64,000 nucleotides of DNA from an uncultured Pelagibacteraceae bacterium. Its GTDB lineage: Bacteria > Pseudomonadota > Alphaproteobacteria > Pelagibacterales > AG-422-B15. A program made the position numbers and the translations under genes. Every line of letters starts with the position of its first letter. Positions within the stretch are counted from its first letter, which is position 1. The stretch covers positions 1,096 to 65,095 of the forward strand of contig CABZHO010000001.1 of assembly GCA_902525595.1 (NCBI GenBank). The letters run 5' to 3'. The notes under the pieces are model-generated. The model had not been told where the DNA came from and did not search any database. It saw only the letters and a list, made by a program, of their open reading frames with translations. Below are positions 10,749 to 20,188 of this stretch, piece by piece.

Positions 10749-11442
10749 AAAAGCACAACAATTTGTAAATCAACTTAAGAAAAAAAATATCAGCAGTTGT
10801 ATCGATTCATTATTTTCATTCTCTTTAACCACTGCAAAAATTAATCTTAAACTATACAGTGATTGTTTGATAGCGAGCACTCAAGCAGTGAACGCAATTA
10901 GAGAAAAACACAGCAACGAAATTAAGTATTTAAAAAAATGCAATCTTTATGTAATTGGTCAAGAAACAGCAAAAGCGTTAGTTGCCATTAAAATAAAAAA
11001 TATAAAAAAAGTATTTCAAAATTCGGATGAATTAGCCAGTCACTTGAGTTCATTTAGTTCTGATATAAAAAAACTCTGTTACCTGTCAAGTAATGTAAAA
11101 AATACAAAACTCATTAAAAAATTAACTGCACACAAAATTGTTTACTCCAGAAAGATCGTTTATACAGTGAGAGTTAAAAAGAAATTCAATTCACAAACTA
11201 TTCACGCCTTAAAGAATAAAACGATCAAAGCTGTCACTTTATATTCAATGTATACAGCACATCTCTATATATCCCATTTGACCGCGGCGCGGGTGACGAG
11301 ACAGGCAAAAATGATTACTCATGTTTGTTTGAGTAAGGATATTGCGAGGTTTATGAAAAAAAAGGGTTTTAAAAAAGTCCTGTCGGCATCAAAACCTACT
11401 GAAGCCTCTTTGATACAAGTAATATTAGAAACTGTTAATTAA
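10723..11442 (+). CDS. hemD: Uroporphyrinogen-III synthase (divergent)
   Basis: ILITRP start; VIGQETA; follows and overlaps hemC. Confidence 0.8.
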   Translation: MILITRPHKKAQQFVNQLKKKNISSCIDSLFSFSLTTAKINLKLYSDCLIASTQAVNAIREKHSNEIKYLKKCNLYVIGQETAKALVAIKIKNIKKVFQNSDELASHLSSFSSDIKKLCYLSSNVKNTKLIKKLTAHKIVYSRKIVYTVRVKKKFNSQTIHALKNKTIKAVTLYSMYTAHLYISHLTAARVTRQAKMITHVCLSKDIARFMKKKGFKKVLSASKPTEASLIQVILETVN

Positions 11443-11681
11443 GGGCTATTTGAGCTCTCATAAAGCGTGTCGTTTTCAATTATTTACTATTTATAAAAGC
11501 TCTTTATTTTAAAATTATGATAAAACCGCAGAATTACCTCATAATCGGATAATCAGCCTCATTTTTTAGGTATATTTTATACTGAATAAACGGCTGATAA
11601 GTACTTGACTAATCTGTGAATTCTAGTTGAATACCATTACTATTATAAGTTTTTAAAAATTTGTAATTACTATGAGAATTT

Positions 11682-11702
11682 AGCTTTGAATATTTCAAAG
11701 CT
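11682..11702. promoter_or_regulatory. Perfect 9-bp inverted repeat AGCTTTGAA-tat-TTCAAAGCT just upstream of the DUF1302 RBS
   Basis: Read directly from sequence; followed by AAAGGGGG and ATG at 11721; function inferred. Confidence 0.45.
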
Positions 11703-11720
11703 TAAAGGGGGAAAAAAAGT

Positions 11721-14700
11721 ATGAATAAATTATTTAAATTTATTTCTGTGAGTACATTGCTAACAGTACTTGCACCAGTTGCATGGACTTCATCGAACGC
11801 AGCTGAATTAAACATGCCAGGATTCAATGGCAGCATCAACACGACATTTACATCTGGTTTCTCAATGAGAGTTGCTGACTTGGATTGTCGTTTACTTGAA
11901 GGATATAAATATACAGCTGGTGGACAGTTTGCTACTCTTGCCGGCGAGAGTACTGTACCAGCAGGTGGAAACCTACCTGCGGGAATAACACCTTCTCAGG
12001 CAGTTACGGCGACATTAGGAGCCAGAAGTATTACGGGAGATGAGCTTACGTTCTTATCATCCAGTATTGGTTCAACAGGTGAAGGCTGTGCGCAACCAAC
12101 AAGTGATACTTATGGTAACACCACAGATGATTTATTTTCATACGGAAGTGATATGGCCAATGATGGAAACTTAAATTTCCGTTCTGGTGATATCTTTGAT
12201 GCAACACAAAGTTTGTATTCAGAAATTTCAGGAACCACTGACGGTGGCACAAGTCTCAATTTATCTTTCGTCGCATCCGTTAACCCAGCTTTAGATATTA
12301 ATTCCCCTAAATTTAAAGTGTTGACATCAAGTGCGGAAGATGACTTTGAACAAAATTTCGATGTTTTAGATGCATACATAGTTGACTCATTTGATGTGGG
12401 TAACACATTTGTTGATATCACAGCAGGTCGTTTTGTAACGAGCTGGGGTGAATCTACATTTATTCCAGTTGGATTAAATGGTTTGGTAACGAATGCCCTC
12501 GACTTACCAAAACTACAATCCCCAAGTGCCTCTATTAAAGAAGCATTGATGCCTACTGAGCAGCTATCGATAACAACGGGTTTAGCTGATGGTTCAACTC
12601 TTGAAGCATACTATCAATTTAGTGCTGAACAAATTGGCCTTGGTGTTAGCGGCTCATACTTCGGTAGTGAAGTCTTCGGTGAAGGTGCCAACTCACTCGA
12701 TGCATCCGGTACTTATGATTATGAAATTGAAAAGCCAACAATGTGTCCTTGGACGATGGTAGGCGCTACGTCGGCAAACGCAATGGGCGCTTCAGTTGGT
12801 CTTGGCTTAACATGTAACGCAACAAATGTTTTGGCGCAATCGCGAGATGCAACTAACTGGGTAAATCATGATACTACTCAATTAGTGGTTAGCGGTTTAC
12901 AGTCGTTTACTGGAACTGAGATAGTGGGTGCTGCAGCGGTGGCTATGACAACTCACGCATTCACAACTGCTCAAGTTCTTGATAGTAATGGAGACAATAG
13001 CGGTGGTGCTGGCAATGTGGCTGATAGCATGAATAATATTGCAACATCTGGCGCATTCAACGGTTCGGCAGCTGACAGTACGAAAACGGCTCTTGTGGCA
13101 CAAGCTTATGCTAACGTGGCAAACTCGTCATATTCAAAAGGCGCAGTAGTTGATATTTTCCCTGCTGCAACTGGGATGCTTCAAGCAGCCAGTGACGATG
13201 GTCAGTTTGGTTTCAGATGGAGTAAATATCTGGATAATGTTGGCACAGGTTTAGATTTGGGTGTTTACTATGCTAACTACCATTCAAAAGTCCCTTATAT
13301 TCAAATGAAAATGATGAACGGTGTATTTGCTCAAGATATTTTAGGCTCCTATTTATTAGCATCTGCTGACTATGCGGGAACTGATCTTTCTGCGCTTGGT
13401 CTACTGGTGGACTCGAATGGTGACAGTACGAATGCTGCGGGTGTTTATGATTTAAACGGTACTGAAGATCTTCATAAAGCTCTTTCAAATGCTGCTTTTT
13501 CAGAAGGACTATGCGATGCAGTAATGGGCACAACCATCAGAACAGCTTTTGGTTATGACAATACTAACACGCGTGGATTTATTGATACGTTACTTCAGCA
13601 AGCAAGTTTTGGTCGTGGCCTAATAGCTGGCGGAGGCAGAATGGAACACGCACACGATAGTTCAGCTTGTGCAGCAACTGCTAGCCCTTCTGTTGGAGGA
13701 TCTGGTGCTGGTGTTCTTAGTACGGACGCTACCACAGCTTTGCTTGGAACTGGAGCAAGACTATTTGCAGCCGTTACTCCACTTAATTTTATGTCTTATC
13801 AAGGCATATTTCCTGAAGATAACCAAGTCTTGGGTGTGAGTTTCAATACCAACGTGAATGGAACAACCGTTCAAGGTGAGATAGCTTATCGTCCTGATTT
13901 CCCACTGGCAACAGGGGCAGGTGATCAGATTAACCAAATCGGCGATAAGACTGGCGCGAACGATGCCTTAAACATGGTGTCTGTTGCTGGTTTTAATGCG
14001 GCTGCAGCAGATAACTTAGCAGGACAAATAACAGTTGTTGAAGCACTTTCAGGTGGTGATTACTTTGATATAATTTCATCTTTTGAGCGATCTACACTTG
14101 GCAATGTTCAAGATGCAAACGGTAATGCAATTTCTGATGTACATTCATACACTGGCGCGTGGTATTACTCAAAACCATTTATTGAGTATGATACGTGGAG
14201 TGGTACATTTGGAACAACAACAGCATTTACAACAACGCATCCGATTACAGCAACATTAGGTGCTGACTCGTCAGCGTTGGTCTCTGAAATTGGATTTGTT
14301 TATGTTCCAGACATGAATAACAACAGCTATGGCTTCGTCGCTCGAAACGGCTTTAATGAAGGGGCGGGTTCAGCTACTACAAAATGCCTTGGTGCATTTG
14401 GACATTTGTCTGGATGGTCTAATTTAGGCGCTACAGCAGCAGCTTTGGAACCAAAATACACGGGTCTATCTGGATCAGGTGCGAGCTTGACCAATATTGG
14501 ATCAGGTGTGGTTGATGCATTATTTGGTAATGGTGGTTATTGTGAAGATAATCCAGGTGCCGATGACTTTGCGGCAACATACAGATTACTTGGTACAGCG
14601 ACTTATCAAAACTTCAATAACTCAAGGTGGACACTATCGCCAACAGTTATCGTTTCTCATGACTTCATGGGTTTTGCACCATCATCACTAGGTGGATTTG

Positions 14701-14858
14701 TTGAAGACAGAATGTCAGTTTACATTGGTGCATCTATGGGCAGAGGTGATCTGAGCATTACAGCAAGTTATGTCGACTACTATGACCTTGGTAACGATTA
14801 TCAACAAAGAATGGCTGATAGAGACTACGTCTCATTATCAGTGTCTCAATCATTTTAA
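11721..14858 (+). CDS. DUF1302 family outer-membrane protein (enlarged)
   Basis: Signal peptide; DGNLNF, GRFVTSWGESTFI, EAYYQF, YANYHSKVP, GEIAYRPDFPL, DRDYVSLS motifs; C-terminal Phe beta-signal. Confidence 0.85.
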   Translation: MNKLFKFISVSTLLTVLAPVAWTSSNAAELNMPGFNGSINTTFTSGFSMRVADLDCRLLEGYKYTAGGQFATLAGESTVPAGGNLPAGITPSQAVTATLGARSITGDELTFLSSSIGSTGEGCAQPTSDTYGNTTDDLFSYGSDMANDGNLNFRSGDIFDATQSLYSEISGTTDGGTSLNLSFVASVNPALDINSPKFKVLTSSAEDDFEQNFDVLDAYIVDSFDVGNTFVDITAGRFVTSWGESTFIPVGLNGLVTNALDLPKLQSPSASIKEALMPTEQLSITTGLADGSTLEAYYQFSAEQIGLGVSGSYFGSEVFGEGANSLDASGTYDYEIEKPTMCPWTMVGATSANAMGASVGLGLTCNATNVLAQSRDATNWVNHDTTQLVVSGLQSFTGTEIVGAAAVAMTTHAFTTAQVLDSNGDNSGGAGNVADSMNNIATSGAFNGSAADSTKTALVAQAYANVANSSYSKGAVVDIFPAATGMLQAASDDGQFGFRWSKYLDNVGTGLDLGVYYANYHSKVPYIQMKMMNGVFAQDILGSYLLASADYAGTDLSALGLLVDSNGDSTNAAGVYDLNGTEDLHKALSNAAFSEGLCDAVMGTTIRTAFGYDNTNTRGFIDTLLQQASFGRGLIAGGGRMEHAHDSSACAATASPSVGGSGAGVLSTDATTALLGTGARLFAAVTPLNFMSYQGIFPEDNQVLGVSFNTNVNGTTVQGEIAYRPDFPLATGAGDQINQIGDKTGANDALNMVSVAGFNAAAADNLAGQITVVEALSGGDYFDIISSFERSTLGNVQDANGNAISDVHSYTGAWYYSKPFIEYDTWSGTFGTTTAFTTTHPITATLGADSSALVSEIGFVYVPDMNNNSYGFVARNGFNEGAGSATTKCLGAFGHLSGWSNLGATAAALEPKYTGLSGSGASLTNIGSGVVDALFGNGGYCEDNPGADDFAATYRLLGTATYQNFNNSRWTLSPTVIVSHDFMGFAPSSLGGFVEDRMSVYIGASMGRGDLSITASYVDYYDLGNDYQQRMADRDYVSLSVSQSF

Positions 14859-14875
14859 TTAGGGAAGGGTAAAAA

Positions 14876-16096
14876 ATGATGAAATCTAAAATAAAAAAAT
14901 TAATTACAGCTCTGATAGCTTCTGTGGCATTATCTTCGACTGCAGTATTTGCGGAGGTTAAGTATTCTGTGACATCTGCAAATTTCATTGAATATGCCGA
15001 CATGTTAACACCAGGACAAAAAGCTTTATTCATTGCATATCCTGATACGTTTCGAATCGATGTGTATGAAAATTCTCCAGCGTGTGAAGCGCCAGATGAT
15101 ATCAAAGCAATGTCTCAATCTAATGGAACATTAGTAAATGATAACGAAGGTTTTGAGGCGCCAAATGTTGGGCAAATACCTTTCCCAAATCCAACGCATC
15201 CTCAACATTTCGTGTGGAACTTTAGAATGAATTCAAGCTACGTTTCAAATGTGGCTCGAGTCGGAACGTCAACAAACGTTGCAGCGGATGGATCAATCGT
15301 GATTGGTCAGCAAGTAACAGACATTGTCTTCCCAAGAAATCCGAACACGAGATCTCAATACGCGGATCCAAATATTTTTGCCATGTTTATGCAGAAAAAC
15401 CTTGGACCACCAAGAACAGCTGGTGTAGTTACACTTGTTCATGACTATATTGACAGTTATATTCAACCGCGAAAAGCTTGGGGTTATGCGCCAGCAACCA
15501 GACGTGTTAGAAGAGCTCCAAATATTTCTTATGACACAGTCCTTAATGCGGGTGGTGGTATTATCACAATTGACCAGTACAATGGCTTTAATGGAGCACA
15601 GGACAAATACGATTGGAGTTATGAAGGCATGAAAAAAGCTTTGGTACCAATGTATAATGATGTACTGATGAATACGGCAGTTGAAGATTCGCATACGCGT
15701 AATCACTTAAATCCTGATCACGTTCGCTTTGAAGAAAGAGATGTTCATGTTGTTCACGCTCAATTAAAACCGGGGCAAAGGCATTTATATGAATCTCGTA
15801 CATTCTACTTCATCGATGACGATTATTATCATTTAGCACTGCATGACATGTATGATGGTAATGGTGATTTGATGAGAACATATATTGGCACAATCATTGC
15901 TGGACAATTTGGTGCATCAAAAGCCACTGAGTGTTTCTCTCAAGGAGAATTCACTTTTGACTTAGCGACACGATCTTACTCAGGAAACAATGTATTTGGT
16001 GAGGCATTTTATTCACAGCTTCCTGTTTACAATGGTGCTGAGGAAAAACCAGCAAGCTTCTATACGCCTGACGGTTTAAGACGATACGCTAGATAA
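14876..16096 (+). CDS. DUF1329 family periplasmic protein (LolA-like)
   Basis: Signal peptide; LTPGQKALF, IPFPNP, RKAWGY...RRVRRAP, FNGAQDKYDW, FYTPDGLRR motifs; follows DUF1302. Confidence 0.88.
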   Translation: MMKSKIKKLITALIASVALSSTAVFAEVKYSVTSANFIEYADMLTPGQKALFIAYPDTFRIDVYENSPACEAPDDIKAMSQSNGTLVNDNEGFEAPNVGQIPFPNPTHPQHFVWNFRMNSSYVSNVARVGTSTNVAADGSIVIGQQVTDIVFPRNPNTRSQYADPNIFAMFMQKNLGPPRTAGVVTLVHDYIDSYIQPRKAWGYAPATRRVRRAPNISYDTVLNAGGGIITIDQYNGFNGAQDKYDWSYEGMKKALVPMYNDVLMNTAVEDSHTRNHLNPDHVRFEERDVHVVHAQLKPGQRHLYESRTFYFIDDDYYHLALHDMYDGNGDLMRTYIGTIIAGQFGASKATECFSQGEFTFDLATRSYSGNNVFGEAFYSQLPVYNGAEEKPASFYTPDGLRRYAR

Positions 16097-16118
16097 CAAT
16101 CTTAATTAACGTATAATT

Positions 16119-16150
16119 AAACCCGACTTGATATTTTTAAGTCGGGTTTT
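16119..16150 (+). terminator. Intrinsic terminator-like or mRNA-stabilising hairpin inside the operon
   Basis: AAACCCGACTT (16119-16129) / AAGTCGGGTTT (16139-16149) 11-bp stem ending in a U-run. Confidence 0.7.
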
Positions 16151-16180
16151 AATTTATTCAAAACAGGATTGACTAAGTTG

Positions 16181-17311
16181 ATGAAAAATTTTCTCAAAAT
16201 AATACTTACATTTTTCGTCTTGAGTTCAGTGACGTATTCCACAGATTTTAATTTTGGATCAGGAAAAGCAGCGCTCTCCAAGTATGCATCGAATGCTCTG
16301 ATCACGGCTATGGAGCATGTTTCAGGAAGGATCTATGCTGTAGGAGTGCACGGTATTATTATCTATACAGACGATGATGGGGAAAATTGGACACAATCTG
16401 AAAATGTTCCTTATACAAATACGCTCACAGATATCAGCTGTCCAACGATTGAGCTTTGTTGGGCAACAGGACATGATTCAACGATTTTGCACAGTAGTGA
16501 TAATGGTGTGAATTGGACCATACAATTTCAAGACATCGATTTTGACGCACCTTTATTATCCATTCATATGTATGACGATAAAAATGGTATTGCACTCGGG
16601 GCTTTTGCGCTGTCACTTAGAACAAATGATGGTGGTAACTCGTGGGGATATTTATTCATCAGTGATGACGATTACCAACCTCATCTTAACTATGCCTTTA
16701 GTGATCCCCAGTTGTGGCGAGTATCAGCTGCTAACGAGGGCTTCGCAGTAGGCGAGCTAGGTAAGTTTTATTTGTCTCCAGACAAAGGATTGACATGGAT
16801 GACGATTGATACTGGCTACCCTGGTTCTTTGTGGTCAGGTATTAAAGCTGATGTAGGGATCTATATATTATTGGGTATGTCAGGCAATATCATTATTGCT
16901 AAAGAACTAGATCCTAATGCTGAAGAGCCATCTGCTGACAAGTTTACTGGACTGGGGTGTTTTGAGGGAGGAATGTATGATGGAGATTGTAAAGTATTTA
17001 CATTCGAATACCAAAATATTGGGGTCAAAAATAGTTTAACCAATGCGATTATTCTCGATGATGGAAGAATTGCCATAAGTGGCAACAGTGGAACAGTGAC
17101 AATTGTTGACTTATATAACAAAAAAAATATTGAAACATGTGTACGGTCTGATCGATTAAGTAATACATCAATCGTTAATTTAGGTAACGATGAATTTCTC
17201 ATTGCTGGGCAAAAAGGAGTAAGAAAACACAGCATGTCGCAATGCTACGAAAACTTTGTCTCTGATGATCCAGCGTTGCAAGACTCTTATTACACAGTTG
17301 ATTTAAGTTAG
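16181..17311 (+). CDS. YCF48/BNR (Asp-box) repeat beta-propeller protein
   Basis: Signal peptide; repeated T/SxDxGxxW Asp-boxes (TDDDGENW, SSDNGVNW, TNDGGNSW, SPDKGLTW); start could be 16169-16181. Confidence 0.85.
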   Translation: MKNFLKIILTFFVLSSVTYSTDFNFGSGKAALSKYASNALITAMEHVSGRIYAVGVHGIIIYTDDDGENWTQSENVPYTNTLTDISCPTIELCWATGHDSTILHSSDNGVNWTIQFQDIDFDAPLLSIHMYDDKNGIALGAFALSLRTNDGGNSWGYLFISDDDYQPHLNYAFSDPQLWRVSAANEGFAVGELGKFYLSPDKGLTWMTIDTGYPGSLWSGIKADVGIYILLGMSGNIIIAKELDPNAEEPSADKFTGLGCFEGGMYDGDCKVFTFEYQNIGVKNSLTNAIILDDGRIAISGNSGTVTIVDLYNKKNIETCVRSDRLSNTSIVNLGNDEFLIAGQKGVRKHSMSQCYENFVSDDPALQDSYYTVDLS

Positions 17312-17313
17312 TC

Positions 17314-18084
17314 ATGTCAAGAGTTGAGGGTAAAGTAGCAATCATTACAGGAGCAGCTTCGGGATTAGGTTTTGCCGCTGCTCAAAAACTTCTTGAAGAA
17401 GGTGCAAAGGTAATGCTGTCCGACATTAATGAAGAAGTGATTAATTCTATGTCTGAGCGGCTCAGTCAATTTAGTCAAACACAATTCAGTACCTGTATTC
17501 ACGATGTCACCAATGAAGACTCATGGATTGAGTTGATAGATAAGACTGAAAAAGTTTTTGGCAAAATTAATATTCTTGTTAACAGTGCAGGCATTAGTTT
17601 GGGCGCCGATATAGTCTCCACTGATTATGAAATCTGGAAAAAAGTTCACGAAGTTAATTTAGATAGCGTCTTTTTGGGCTGTAAATATGCTATTCCAAAG
17701 ATGAGTGCTCATGGACATGGATCCATTATCAATATTTCCTCAATTTCAGGAATTGTAGCTGGTTGGAATACAGCTGCATATAATTCATCAAAAGCAGGTG
17801 TTCGATTGCTAAGTAAATCGGTTGCATTGTATTGTGCAAAAAAAGGTTACGATGTTCGTTGTAACTCCCTTCATCCTGCTTTTGTTAACACACCCATTTT
17901 AGATCCACTCAAACAGGCTTTTGGTGCGGATGAGGCAGTTGCAAAACTGGCAAGACAGATCCCGATGAATAAAATAGGTGATACTGATGATGTTTCATAT
18001 GCCATTTTATATTTAGCCTCTGATGAATCCAAATTTATGACAGGAACAGAGATTATTCTTGATGGCGGCTTAAGCGCAATGTAG
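17314..18084 (+). CDS. Classical SDR oxidoreductase (3-beta-HSD/cyclopentanol dehydrogenase-like)
   Basis: TGAASGLG, NSAG, NISS, YNSSK motifs. Confidence 0.88.
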   Translation: MSRVEGKVAIITGAASGLGFAAAQKLLEEGAKVMLSDINEEVINSMSERLSQFSQTQFSTCIHDVTNEDSWIELIDKTEKVFGKINILVNSAGISLGADIVSTDYEIWKKVHEVNLDSVFLGCKYAIPKMSAHGHGSIINISSISGIVAGWNTAAYNSSKAGVRLLSKSVALYCAKKGYDVRCNSLHPAFVNTPILDPLKQAFGADEAVAKLARQIPMNKIGDTDDVSYAILYLASDESKFMTGTEIILDGGLSAM

Positions 18085-18100
18085 TTTCTTAAATGAAACT

Positions 18101-18799
18101 ATGACACAAAATAAAAAAGCACTAATGGTTGTTCATCAACCTCGATCAAGTACAGGAGACGTTGGCCTTAAATTAATTGAACGCGGTTACGATTTAGACG
18201 TTAGGCGACCAGTCATGGGAGAGAAGCTTCCAAAGACAATGAATGATCATGACTTGGCTGTCATTTATGGAGGTCCACCAAGCGCGAATGATAATCTTGA
18301 TTATATAAAGTATGAAATTGATTGGATATCAACAGTTCTAGGGTCCGATAAACCGTTTTTGGGTATTTGTCTTGGTGCGCAGATGTTAGCAAAAAACTTA
18401 GGTGGTACTGTTCAACGTGCAAAAGATCATTTATTTGAAATAGGTTTTTATGATGTTAAACCAGCTGGTGATGGTCATAAAATATTCCAAAGTCAAAAAA
18501 CATTTTTTCAATGGCATAAAGAAGGATTTACTGTTCCCTCTTCCTGCCAAGTCTTTGCTCACGGTGAAACATTTCCTCAACAAGCTTTTCGTTACAAAAA
18601 TGCAGTAGGTATTCAGTTTCATCCTGAGGTCAACCTCAAAATGCATTTACGGTGGCTGTATTTTGCAGGATATATGTTAAGGGAGAAAGGTGCACAAAAC
18701 CGTCAACAACAAATGAGCTTGAGACTTAGTCATGGAAAAAAAATAAATATGTGGTTAGACTCTTTTTTAGATAACTATTTATTAAGAGATCACAAATGA
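18101..18799 (+). CDS. Class I glutamine amidotransferase-like protein
   Basis: GICLGAQ nucleophile elbow and QFHPE catalytic motif. Confidence 0.88.
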   Translation: MTQNKKALMVVHQPRSSTGDVGLKLIERGYDLDVRRPVMGEKLPKTMNDHDLAVIYGGPPSANDNLDYIKYEIDWISTVLGSDKPFLGICLGAQMLAKNLGGTVQRAKDHLFEIGFYDVKPAGDGHKIFQSQKTFFQWHKEGFTVPSSCQVFAHGETFPQQAFRYKNAVGIQFHPEVNLKMHLRWLYFAGYMLREKGAQNRQQQMSLRLSHGKKINMWLDSFLDNYLLRDHK

Positions 18800-19089
18800 A
18801 TTCATTAATTATACTTCTTGACCAGATTATTAATCTTTACACCTGGGTTCTTATAATCAATGTCATATTCAGTTGGTTGATCGCAATGAATATTTTTAAT
18901 ACACAAAACGGAATTATTATTGCGATTTATTTTGGTACGAAAAGATTGACGGATCCCCTACTGAATCCCATTCGAAGTTTTCTACCAAATTTAGGGGGCA
19001 TTGATATATCACCAGTAGTCTTGATTTTAATTTTATATTTTATAAGAAATCTTCTTTATGAGTATTTTTATATTGGAGTTTCCATTTAA
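18796..19089 (+). CDS. yggT: YggT family membrane protein
   Basis: SWL...LTDPLLNPIR..LP.LGGIDISP motif. Confidence 0.92.
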   Translation: MNSLIILLDQIINLYTWVLIINVIFSWLIAMNIFNTQNGIIIAIYFGTKRLTDPLLNPIRSFLPNLGGIDISPVVLILILYFIRNLLYEYFYIGVSI

Positions 19090-19983
19090 ATGACAAACGT
19101 TGCAAAGGTCATTAATGGGAAACTCATAGCGTCCGAACTCAGAGCTGAAACCGCTGTTAAAGTAGAGAACTTTAAAAAGGAATTTAGCAAAGTACCTACA
19201 TTAGCTGTTGTTCTTGTGGGCGAAGATCCCGCAAGTCAAGTTTACGTCAGTACCAAGTCAAAAATGGCAAAAGAAATAGGTATGGATGTTGAAGACCATT
19301 ACTTGGATGTAACTGTATCAGAAGAAAAATTACTTGAGGTCGTGAATATGCTTAACAACGATCAAAAAGTGAATGGAATATTAGTTCAACTGCCTCTGCC
19401 TTCACATATAGATTCCCGACTAATTATTGATGCCATTGATCCCATTAAAGATGTAGATGGTTTTCATGCCATCAATGTCGGACGAAATTCAATAGGTGGC
19501 GACTTACTCGATAAGACATTTACACCATGCACACCATTGGGTTGCTACTTAATGCTGAAGAATCATATTTCTGATATGAAAGGTTTGCATGCCGTTATTA
19601 TTGGTCGGTCAAATATTGTGGGAAAGCCAATGGCTCAGTTATTGTTAGAAGAGTCTTGCACTGTCAGTATTGTCCATTCTAAAACTAAAAATATTGAAGA
19701 GATGACTAGACAAGGAGATATTGTGGTTGCTGCTGTTGGACGACCTTTAATGGTGAAAAAAGAATGGATTAAACCTGGAGCAGTTGTGATTGATGTTGGT
19801 ATTAATAGGGTCGACAACCCCAATACAGGCAAAAACAAACTGGTCGGTGATGTTGATTATGATGGTGTTGCAGAAGTGGCTTCAGCTATTACGCCTGTCC
19901 CCGGGGGTGTCGGACCAATGACTATAGCGTGTTTGTTAAAAAACACCTTAGATGCGGCATTGAGACAAGAAAAATCCAAGTAA
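19090..19983 (+). CDS. folD: Methylenetetrahydrofolate dehydrogenase/cyclohydrolase
   Basis: [35 protein letters not shown] motifs. Confidence 0.97.
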   Translation: MTNVAKVINGKLIASELRAETAVKVENFKKEFSKVPTLAVVLVGEDPASQVYVSTKSKMAKEIGMDVEDHYLDVTVSEEKLLEVVNMLNNDQKVNGILVQLPLPSHIDSRLIIDAIDPIKDVDGFHAINVGRNSIGGDLLDKTFTPCTPLGCYLMLKNHISDMKGLHAVIIGRSNIVGKPMAQLLLEESCTVSIVHSKTKNIEEMTRQGDIVVAAVGRPLMVKKEWIKPGAVVIDVGINRVDNPNTGKNKLVGDVDYDGVAEVASAITPVPGGVGPMTIACLLKNTLDAALRQEKSK

Positions 19984-20188
19984 ATTGAGACACAACAATA
20001 TAAATAACGTTAATTTATCGTAAATACTCTCATAAATAACTCGTGTAAGCATTTTGATGTCGTTATCATTTGTTAAAGTGTCAAAATAAGAATAATTTTT
20101 TCTATATTTGATATCCTCATCATTCTTGTTAAGATATAGAACTAAAATTTATACAATTAAAAATACGAGGGTTAATTATACTATTTTT

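Noticed and set aside
19959-19992. 9-bp direct repeat ATTGAGACA at the left edge of the dctP-pLGIC cassette as an insertion scar
   Set aside because: Both copies are on the same side, no matching direct copy at the argG edge, and no integrase or transposase
19948-20052. Minus-strand 34-aa [37 protein letters not shown] within a longer open frame upstream of dctP
   Set aside because: No recognisable RBS, overlaps the folD 3' end, no family resemblance; chance ORF or remnant
20108-20188. Track's N-terminal extension of dctP (TTG 20108)
   Set aside because: The signal peptide begins at ATG 20189; the extension is probably untranslated
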